Below are positions 7,045-13,493 of a stretch of DNA of 13,493 bases, in pieces. The notes beneath the pieces were generated by a model, which saw only the letters and a list, made by a program, of their open reading frames with translations, searched no databases and was not told the origin of the DNA. The position numbers and the translations under genes were made by a program. The number at the start of each line of letters is the position of its first letter. The stretch's first letter is position 1. The stretch is from Verrucomicrobiota bacterium (GTDB lineage Bacteria > Verrucomicrobiota > Verrucomicrobiia > Chthoniobacterales > UBA6821). The stretch lies in NCBI GenBank assembly GCA_008932965.1, contig WBXG01000048.1:1-13493 (forward strand). Reading direction: 5' to 3'.

Positions 7045-7782
7045 ATGAACCATCAAGCCACCATCAACGAAGAAGCACTCCCTACTCATAGCAAACTATC
7101 TATGCTCCCTTCTATTTTAGAAGCTCTTCTTTTTACTTCCCAAAAGGCACTTTCACTCAAAGAGCTTTTTGCCTTGATCAAAAGTGCTGCTACCTCCTTA
7201 CCAGCAGAGGCTCCAGGATTATTGATCCACATTACAGAAAAGGAAATTTCAGAAGCACTTCAGATGCTTCATGAAGAACTTTTAAGTTCTCATCGTTCTT
7301 ATGAATTACACGAAACAGCATCGGGATGGCAGCTTAAGACCAAATCATCTTTTGCTCCATGGATTCGACACCTTTTTCCTGAAGCTCGTTCTACGCGTTT
7401 AAGTGCTCCAGCATTAGAAACACTAGCCATCATCGCCTATCGACAACCGATCACGCGTGCTGATGTGGAGGCTGTACGTGGAGTGGCTGTGGATGGAGTG
7501 GTTCAGACACTCCTAGATCGTGGCCTTATTCGCATTGCAGGGAGAGCTGAAATTCCAGGGAGACCCCTCCTCTATGCCACTAGCCAGTCGTTTCTAAATC
7601 ATTTCGGACTACGCTCTCTTGAGGAACTCCCAAATGCTGCAGAACTGGGCAGACTAGAACTTCCTAAGGCCACTATTGCTATTCTTCCTGATGAGAAAAC
7701 CGTTACTTCAACCGAGGAAAAAATAACGTTGCCCGCAGAACTCGCCCCTCCAGTAGATAAGAAGGAAGAAAAAAAGGTGTAA
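7045..7782 (+). CDS. scpB: Segregation and condensation protein B
   Basis: It carries ILEALLFTSQKALSLKEL and LSAPALETLAIIAYRQPITRADVEAVRGVAVDGVVQTLLDRGLIRIAGRAEIPGRPLLYATSQSFLNHFGLRSLEELP. It lies 118 nt downstream of scpA. Confidence 0.93.
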   Translation: MNHQATINEEALPTHSKLSMLPSILEALLFTSQKALSLKELFALIKSAATSLPAEAPGLLIHITEKEISEALQMLHEELLSSHRSYELHETASGWQLKTKSSFAPWIRHLFPEARSTRLSAPALETLAIIAYRQPITRADVEAVRGVAVDGVVQTLLDRGLIRIAGRAEIPGRPLLYATSQSFLNHFGLRSLEELPNAAELGRLELPKATIAILPDEKTVTSTEEKITLPAELAPPVDKKEEKKV

Positions 7783-7883
7783 AATAAAAATTAAAAAAAA
7801 TAATTTAACTGTTGACTCTCCTACCCTATCTCAATTATCAGAGAGGGCGCTCAGTACATTCTAATCATTTAAACCAATAAAAT

Positions 7884-8438
7884 ATGAAAAAAACATTATC
7901 ATTAATTGCTATTGTTCTTGCCACGGCCTCTGTGTCTATGGCGGGACAAGCAGTTTCTTCCAAAAAAGTCGTGATCGCACCTGATGACTGTCGCTTCCGT
8001 GCTAATGAATGGCAAGTGGATGCTTCCGTAGTTGGTGCTGGTGGTAACTATAATAATAAGAGCGGGGGTGGCGTTGGCGGCAACGTTGGTGTCAATTACT
8101 TCTTTACCAAATTTATTGGTATCGGAGTTGATGATTCCGTTGGTGGTTTCTGGCCATCTAGCAATTCTGGTGTGCAAGGCGTTGATAGCCTTCAGGCTGA
8201 CTTGTTAGTACGTTATCCTATCTGTGCTTGGAATCTTGCTCCTTACCTCATGATTGGTGGCGGTGCAAGCTGGGGCACTGCTTCTCAAGGTGACGGTAAT
8301 GTCGGTGGTGGTGTTGAGTATCGTTTTACTCCTAACATCGGTCTCTTTGCAGATTGCCGCTGGCTCTACGGTGGTTCCACAAGTGCTGGACAACTTAGCA
8401 TGGCCTTACCACGTGTAGGACTTCGCTTTGCTTTCTAA
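7884..8438 (+). CDS. Small outer-membrane beta-barrel protein, paralog 1 (OmpX/OmpA-TM-sized)
   Basis: The signal peptide is MKKTLSLIAIVLATASVSMA|GQ. The sequence is Gly/aromatic-rich with alternating hydrophobicity. The C-terminus PRVGLRFAF ends in Phe, a BAM-type signal. It is about 60% identical by eye to the next gene. Confidence 0.8.
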   Translation: MKKTLSLIAIVLATASVSMAGQAVSSKKVVIAPDDCRFRANEWQVDASVVGAGGNYNNKSGGGVGGNVGVNYFFTKFIGIGVDDSVGGFWPSSNSGVQGVDSLQADLLVRYPICAWNLAPYLMIGGGASWGTASQGDGNVGGGVEYRFTPNIGLFADCRWLYGGSTSAGQLSMALPRVGLRFAF

Positions 8439-8460
8439 TTAAATATTTTAAAAATTACTT

Positions 8461-8493
8461 AACGGCACTGGTTTTCCAGTGCCGTTTTTTTTT
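8461..8493 (+). terminator. Rho-independent terminator of OMP paralog 1
   Basis: A perfect 11-bp stem pairs AACGGCACTGG (8461-8471) with CCAGTGCCGTT (8476-8486). The loop is TTTT and a run of 9 T spans 8485-8493. Confidence 0.9.
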
Positions 8494-8568
8494 ATCTTTT
8501 TACCTATTTTTCCTTTGCACTCTCACTCCTTTTATCGCATGTTCATGACTTCTATTTACAAAACCTTT

Positions 8569-9129
8569 ATGAAAAAAACATTGTTATCTCTTGCCCTAGC
8601 ACTCGCAACAACTTCCTTTTGTTGTGCGGGTGAATCCGTTTCATCTAAAAAAGTTATTGTTACTACCGATGACTGCCGTTTTCACGCCCATGAATGGCAA
8701 ATTGATAGCTCCACAGCTGGCTTGGTTGGCATGAGTGGAGGAGAAAGCAAACAAGGCCTTGGTGGCAATCTCGGAGTGAGTTATTTCTTTTCAAAATATT
8801 TAGGTCTTGGAGTAGATGATTCCGTAGGAAGTGAACACAATGCAGGGATGAGTGGTTTTTCTGGGCTCCAAGCCTATACAAGCCTTCAGGCTGATCTCCT
8901 TCTGCGTTACCCCATCTGTGCTTGGAATCTTGCTCCTTACGCTATGATTGGTGGTGGAGCAACATGGGGACCAACAAGTCAAGGAGATGGCAATGTCGGA
9001 GGGGGTCTTGAATGGCGCTTCATGAGAAACCTCGGCTTTTTTGCTGACTGCCGTTGGCTCTATGGTAACAACGGTAACTTTGCCTTAAGCCAAGCATTAC
9101 CTCGTGTTGGAATTCGTCTCTCTTTCTAA
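8569..9129 (+). CDS. Small outer-membrane beta-barrel protein, paralog 2
   Basis: ATG 8569 gives the signal peptide MKKTLLSLALALATTSFCCA|GE. The track start at 8479 is a GTG inside the upstream terminator. The C-terminus is PRVGIRLSF. It shares the DDCRF, RYPICAWNLAPY, QGDGNVGGG and FADCRWLYG blocks with paralog 1. Confidence 0.8.
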   Translation: MKKTLLSLALALATTSFCCAGESVSSKKVIVTTDDCRFHAHEWQIDSSTAGLVGMSGGESKQGLGGNLGVSYFFSKYLGLGVDDSVGSEHNAGMSGFSGLQAYTSLQADLLLRYPICAWNLAPYAMIGGGATWGPTSQGDGNVGGGLEWRFMRNLGFFADCRWLYGNNGNFALSQALPRVGIRLSF

Positions 9130-9151
9130 AATAGAAACATTTTTTGTTTTC

Positions 9152-9185
9152 AATGGCATCGAAGTAATTCGGTGCCATTTTTTTT
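9152..9185 (+). terminator. Rho-independent terminator of OMP paralog 2
   Basis: A 12-bp stem pairs 9152-9163 (AATGGCATCGAA) with 9168-9179 (TTCGGTGCCATT), including one U-G wobble. The loop is a GTAA (GNRA) tetraloop and the T-run spans 9178-9185. Confidence 0.88.
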
Positions 9186-9251
9186 ATATTTTAGGACCGC
9201 TTGCCCTCTGGGTTAATATTGTCACTATTCCTGACCTAGCCTCATTTTTAT

Positions 9252-11954
9252 ATGACTTCCTCTGAACTTCGTAACTCCTTCCTCACTTTCTTTCAAAGTA
9301 AGCAGCACTCTATCCTCCCCTCATCGAGTCTTCTTCCTGGTTCTCCAAATCTACTTTTTACTAATGCTGGAATGAATCAATTCGTTCCTATCTTTCTTGG
9401 AGAAACCACGTCCCCTCACACACCGGCACGTGTAGCAAATTCCCAAAAGTGCATTCGTGCAGGAGGGAAGCACAATGATTTAGAAGATGTAGGACTCGAT
9501 ACCTATCATCATACTTTTTTTGAGATGCTGGGAAACTGGTCCTTTGGTGATTATTTTAAAAAAGAGGCAATCTCATGGGCTTGGGAACTCCTTGTAGAAA
9601 TTTGGAAATTTCCACCCCAACGCCTTTACGCTACAATCTATAAGCCTGCTCCGGGAGACCCTGCTAGCCTCGATCAAGAGGCCTACGATCTCTGGGCTTC
9701 TCTCTTTATAAAAGCTGGACTTGATCCAGCAATTCATATTGTCCCTGGAAACCGTAAAGATAATTTTTGGATGATGGGGGAGACTGGCCCCTGCGGACCT
9801 TGCTCAGAGCTCCATATTGATCTCACTCCCTATGGAGATACAGAAGGAGCACTCGTTAACAAGGGAGCTGCCGAGTGCATGGAAATTTGGAACCTTGTCT
9901 TTATCCAATTTAATGCCACTGCCGAGGGTTCTTTTCTCCCCCTACAGCACTGCCACGTAGATACAGGAATGGGCTTAGAGCGCCTCTGTTCGATCATGCA
10001 GGCAACACATGGTTTTAGAGAATTTGGGAATGCTATTATTTCTAATTATGAGACAGATCTTTTTCATCCTATTTTCAAAGCCCTAGAAACAATGAGCGGC
10101 CTGCGTTACTGCTCTACTCTTCCTCAACGCTCTCCTGATGGTTCACTCATTCCTGTTACAGAGGAAGAAAAAATCGATGTTGCCTTTCGTGTGATTGCCG
10201 ATCACTTACGTACATTAGGATTTTCTATTGCAGATGGTATTGAACCGGGCAATACCGACCGCAACTATGTCTTACGCCGTATTCTAAGACGTGCTGTTCG
10301 CTATGGGCGCACCCTCGGTTTCGATCAACCCTTCTTCTACAAGCTGGCACCACTCCTTGCTACCATTATGGGAGAGGCCTTTCCAGAGGTACGCATCCAT
10401 GAGCACAAAATCTCAGAGGTCCTTCGCCGTGAAGAGGAGGCTTTTCATAAGACGCTCGAGAAAGGATTAGCACTTTTTGAAGAGGAAGCTGCTCATGCAA
10501 AAACAATTTCTGGAAAAGTAGCATTTCGTCTCTATGATGAACAGGGTTTTCCCCTTGACCTCACAGAGCTTCTTGCCCGTGAACGCGGCCTGAGCCTGGA
10601 TCACGCTGGCTTTGAAAAACTCATGGAAGAACAGCGTTCAAGAGCTCGTGCTGCTCAAAAAAAAGAGATCATCCAGGTCTCCTCACTCGTGACTCAAGTG
10701 CCAACAGAATTTTTAGGATTTGAAAGCCTTCGCACAGAAGCCACCTTGTTAGAAATCGTTTCCCTTCCCAAAGGTCTCACAGCGCTCATCATGGATCGTT
10801 CAGTTTGCTATGGTGAAATGGGAGGACAAGTGGGAGATATTGGTTCCTTTGAAACAGATGGGAAAATCTACTCCATCATCGACACTCAAAAACAAGGACC
10901 TCTTCATCTTCACCTCATCAAAGGAGAGGCTCCAGAACTCCATTCTAAGGGAACCTTGAGCATCATGGAAGCTTATCGCCGCTCCATAGAGCGTCATCAT
11001 ACAGCAACACATCTCTTACATTGGGCCTTACATCAAGTTGTTGGAACCAATATCGTACAAAAAGGTTCTTTTGTGGGAGATGACAAATTGACTTTTGATT
11101 TCAACAGCACTCCCCTCACCGCAGCTCAGCTACAAGCGATTGAGCGCCTCATCAACGAAGAGATTTTAAAAAATCATGCAGTGAGCTGGCAAGAGCTCCC
11201 GTACGACGAAGTAAAAAAACGTCCCGAGATCATACAATTCTTTGGCGACAAATATGGAGATCGCGTTCGTGTTGTGCAGATCGGTGGAGAGGCAAGTGTC
11301 TTGAATGGCTTCTCTATGGAATTGTGTGGCGGCACTCATGTGCGACGCACTGGTGAGATCGGTCAGTTTCGTATTGTGAGTGAAGGAGCTGTCGCTGCTG
11401 GTATTCGACGGATTGAGGCAGTAGCTGGTCTTGCAGCCCATGAGCACTCAAGAAATGAAGCGACCACTCTACGTAATATTGCTTTAATACTACGTACCCC
11501 ATCTCAGGAACTAGAAAAAAAACTAGAACTCACCCTTGGAAGAATTTCCTCATTCGAAAAAGAAATCGACTCATTACACCGAGAGATTGCCCAGGAGCAG
11601 GCCTCCTCTCTTATCTCTCAATCGATGATATTAGGAACTATTCCTACGATTATTGCTACCCTTCAAGAAGCAGATGCCACACGCCTACAAGCTGTAGCAG
11701 CAGCTTTACAAAACCGTTTTGAGGGTGTTGTTCTCCTTGCTGGAACATCACAAAAAGCTGTTTCACTCATGGCTACGGTCTCTCCTCATTTTAAAAATAA
11801 GATCGCTGCCAACAAACTCATCCAATTAATTGCCCCACTCATCGGAGGCAAAGGTGGTGGCACTCCCGAGTCTGCACGCGGAGGGGGGCCAGGAGTAGCT
11901 GCTCTTTCCGAGGCATTGACTTCTGCAAAAAACCTGATTATTCAATCTGTTTAA
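9252..11954 (+). CDS. alaS: Alanine--tRNA ligase
   Basis: The 900-aa product has the class II AlaRS core (LLFTNAGMNQF, CIRAGGKHNDLEDVG, HHTFFEMLGNWSFGDYFK, WNLVFIQFN). It also has editing-domain zinc motifs (HTATHLLH and CGGTHV) and a C-Ala domain with GGKGGG. Confidence 0.97.
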   Translation: MTSSELRNSFLTFFQSKQHSILPSSSLLPGSPNLLFTNAGMNQFVPIFLGETTSPHTPARVANSQKCIRAGGKHNDLEDVGLDTYHHTFFEMLGNWSFGDYFKKEAISWAWELLVEIWKFPPQRLYATIYKPAPGDPASLDQEAYDLWASLFIKAGLDPAIHIVPGNRKDNFWMMGETGPCGPCSELHIDLTPYGDTEGALVNKGAAECMEIWNLVFIQFNATAEGSFLPLQHCHVDTGMGLERLCSIMQATHGFREFGNAIISNYETDLFHPIFKALETMSGLRYCSTLPQRSPDGSLIPVTEEEKIDVAFRVIADHLRTLGFSIADGIEPGNTDRNYVLRRILRRAVRYGRTLGFDQPFFYKLAPLLATIMGEAFPEVRIHEHKISEVLRREEEAFHKTLEKGLALFEEEAAHAKTISGKVAFRLYDEQGFPLDLTELLARERGLSLDHAGFEKLMEEQRSRARAAQKKEIIQVSSLVTQVPTEFLGFESLRTEATLLEIVSLPKGLTALIMDRSVCYGEMGGQVGDIGSFETDGKIYSIIDTQKQGPLHLHLIKGEAPELHSKGTLSIMEAYRRSIERHHTATHLLHWALHQVVGTNIVQKGSFVGDDKLTFDFNSTPLTAAQLQAIERLINEEILKNHAVSWQELPYDEVKKRPEIIQFFGDKYGDRVRVVQIGGEASVLNGFSMELCGGTHVRRTGEIGQFRIVSEGAVAAGIRRIEAVAGLAAHEHSRNEATTLRNIALILRTPSQELEKKLELTLGRISSFEKEIDSLHREIAQEQASSLISQSMILGTIPTIIATLQEADATRLQAVAAALQNRFEGVVLLAGTSQKAVSLMATVSPHFKNKIAANKLIQLIAPLIGGKGGGTPESARGGGPGVAALSEALTSAKNLIIQSV

Positions 11955-12011
11955 AATATAGGAATTAAAAACTAAAAAAACCTTGTGAACATTACATCGA
12001 AATTTGCAGCA

Positions 12012-13325
12012 ATGCGCTCTGGAATTTATGATGCTCTCTTTGGCTCTCAATCAGTGAATGTTGGAGAGATGAAAGAGGCGAGTTCCCATCCTAATGTAAA
12101 AACAATCTCTATGACTCTGAGTCGTCAAGCCTCTCCTGACGATATTATCATTAATGCAATGATTAAGAAGATTGATAACAAAGAACATCTTGTCTTTACC
12201 TCTGCTCCCAAGAATTTTCATGGAATGATCATGAGATGTTTTTTTGGAAATAAAAAAAATGTAGAGCGTTTTTACAAGCGTGGAATAGAAATGATACCTT
12301 TTCAGACAACTAGTGATGATAATGATTTTAATCTTAATGTGAGCCTAGTTCCGCTTTCATCCAAAAAGGGAGTAGTGAAATCTTTCAACTCACAGAAAGT
12401 TGAAGCAGAGCCAAATGAATATAATAATTTTTTGCAACCGGAGCTATTTATTGAAGGAAACGATACCCCTATTGGAACGACTCCCGTAGCTCCTGAGGAT
12501 ACCTCCAATCCGCCTCAATCTTCTTTTTTTGGCACTCCTATTGCACTGGCATCCCTACCATCAGCTAGTAGATCTAGCAATGATGAAATGGGCCTAATGG
12601 GCCTAAAGGAGTTACAAAATAAACTGTTGCAACTTACTCAGAAAGAAAAAAATCTTCAATATCGACAAGATTTTAATTCAAAAATCGCAAATATAGAAAT
12701 GCCGGAACATCTCAATAAGGAGCTGGTATCTACTCGGAGGGAAATAGAAGAAGTAAAAGGTGAAATAGGAATAGCATCTACTTGGAGAGAGGTTGGTGAT
12801 CAAACTTCAGAGAAGATAGATCCTGCTGCGTCTTTAACACCAAGATCCTCCGTTACATCAGTAGTTGATACCGACTTCAATTCAAATCATCCTCAGCCTA
12901 GCTCAACTGCTTCTAATAATCCAAGAGCACCTCTAAAATCGATAGAAACTCCAGAGGATGAGGTAGGAATTGAAAAAATATGGGAGATAGCAGGAAAATA
13001 CCGTGAACATTTTAAACGCATCCAGGTTTTAACTCAACAACGGGAGAGTATAGAAAAGGAAATTCAAAGTCTCACTACATCAAGACCACAGGAAACACAA
13101 AAAGAAACACTTCAACGTACAGATAGCCTAAAAGAAAAGATGCAGGCCAAGGGAAAACTCATTGCAGAAACAAACGATCTTATAAGCCAGCGTGATCAAC
13201 TCATAACAACATTCAGCAGGGAATATCCAAATTATCGTTTTGATGAAAAAGGGAACATCTGTGATGTGACAGGAAAAATTATAGATCACCCTGATGAGAC
13301 AGGAAAAATTATAGATCGCCCTTAA
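12012..13325 (+). CDS. Orphan AT-rich protein with disordered S/T/P-rich and coiled-coil segments (function unknown)
   Basis: The long ORF is 11985-13325. ATG 12012 (MRSGIYDALF...) is preferred over GTG 11985, and neither has an SD. There is no signal peptide or TM segment. Heptad-like charged stretches include KELQNKLLQLTQKEKNLQYRQ and QQRESIEKEIQSLT...KEKMQAKGKLIAETNDLISQRDQL. Spot GC counts of four 60-nt lines gave 30-37%, against 48-52% in alaS and folP lines. Confidence 0.55.
   Translation: MRSGIYDALFGSQSVNVGEMKEASSHPNVKTISMTLSRQASPDDIIINAMIKKIDNKEHLVFTSAPKNFHGMIMRCFFGNKKNVERFYKRGIEMIPFQTTSDDNDFNLNVSLVPLSSKKGVVKSFNSQKVEAEPNEYNNFLQPELFIEGNDTPIGTTPVAPEDTSNPPQSSFFGTPIALASLPSASRSSNDEMGLMGLKELQNKLLQLTQKEKNLQYRQDFNSKIANIEMPEHLNKELVSTRREIEEVKGEIGIASTWREVGDQTSEKIDPAASLTPRSSVTSVVDTDFNSNHPQPSSTASNNPRAPLKSIETPEDEVGIEKIWEIAGKYREHFKRIQVLTQQRESIEKEIQSLTTSRPQETQKETLQRTDSLKEKMQAKGKLIAETNDLISQRDQLITTFSREYPNYRFDEKGNICDVTGKIIDHPDETGKIIDRP
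13268..13322 (+). repeat. 30-bp (10-codon) tandem duplication at the 3' end of the orphan CDS
   Basis: GACAGGAAAAATTATAGATC(A/G)CCCT occurs at 13268-13292 and 13298-13322. It encodes TGKIIDHPDE followed by TGKIIDRP-stop. Confidence 0.85.
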
Positions 13326-13378
13326 ATATTAATATATTTGGCCAGGATATTTCATACTCAAATGTCATGGGGCGCCGT

Positions 13379-13493
13379 GCAAAGCTTATTAGTGCAAGGC
13401 GGGCGAAGGATTGGGATGCCGGGCTGTATGTTTCATACTGTCCAAATCACAATTCGAGACCAACGCAGTAATGATGAGCTTTCCACAAGCCGT
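13379..13493 (+). repeat. Conserved non-coding element, copy B (truncated by the window end)
   Basis: It aligns to 1131-1249 (see copy A). Equivalent helices are 13381-13386/13477-13482, 13400-13405/13417-13422 (one mismatch, one G-U) and 13430-13434/13456-13460 (GUUUC/GAGAC with a U-G pair). It starts 54 nt after the orphan CDS stop. Confidence 0.7.

Noticed and set aside
7812-7840. Possible sigma-70 promoter for OMP paralog 1: TTGACT at 7812-7817, with AATTAT (15-nt spacer) or TTATCA (17-nt spacer).
   Set aside because: The -35 is good, but neither -10 candidate combines a good match with proper spacing. It is not reportable as a feature without transcript data.
8479-8568. N-terminal extension of OMP paralog 2 (MPFFFIFLPIF...).
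   Set aside because: Its GTG start lies inside the upstream terminator hairpin and T-run. ATG 8569 gives a signal peptide matching paralog 1.
7902-8982. Antisense ORFs inside the OMP genes (7902-8177, 8205-8393, 8663-8881, 8800-8982).
   Set aside because: They lie fully within well-supported + strand genes and have no motifs. They mirror the Gly-rich codons of the sense frame.
10800-12508. Antisense ORFs inside alaS and the orphan (10800-11012, 11166-11447, 11314-11502, 11826-12050, 12302-12508).
   Set aside because: They are short, overlap strongly supported or longer sense ORFs, and have no recognisable features.
1131-13493. A 12.2-kb segment bounded by direct copies of the conserved element, considered as a possible mobile island or cassette.
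   Set aside because: The interior is core housekeeping (lspA, folP, cdaA, hpf, scpAB, alaS). It has no integrase, transposase or tRNA attachment site, and its composition differs from the flanking orphan. The repeats more likely mark the orphan genes than delimit an island.

Overview
This is a bacterial chromosomal window. I saw no rRNA, tRNA, CRISPR array, transposase or integrase.

**Gene content.** The core is a run of housekeeping genes, mostly on the + strand:
- lspA, followed 12 nt later by a DUF5069-like gene.
- On the minus strand, a family-2 glycosyltransferase preceded by a low-complexity orphan.
- folP, cdaA, a short hpf, scpA and scpB.
- Two tandem paralogous small beta-barrel outer-membrane proteins, each with its own intrinsic terminator.
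- alaS.

Leaders are A/T-rich with almost no Shine-Dalgarno motifs. That, together with the gene set, makes me guess a PVC-group (Verrucomicrobiota-like) organism. This is only a guess.

**Flanking orphans.** The housekeeping block is bracketed by two orphan genes:
- A 5'-partial protein built from 52-aa (156-bp) tandem helical repeats, at 2-1003.
- An AT-rich, signal-less, disorder/coiled-coil protein at 12012-13325.

**Most unusual signal.** Each orphan is followed by a copy of the same ~115-120 nt non-coding element (1131-1249 and 13379-13493). The two copies share a fold, including one compensated stem. Their G-U pairs work only on the + strand.

**Limits.** I could not recognise a complete multi-gene novel system such as defence, secretion or toxin-antitoxin. 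The repeated element plus its orphan neighbours, the Cys-bearing OMP pair and a weakly FlgM-like orphan are the items I would follow up.
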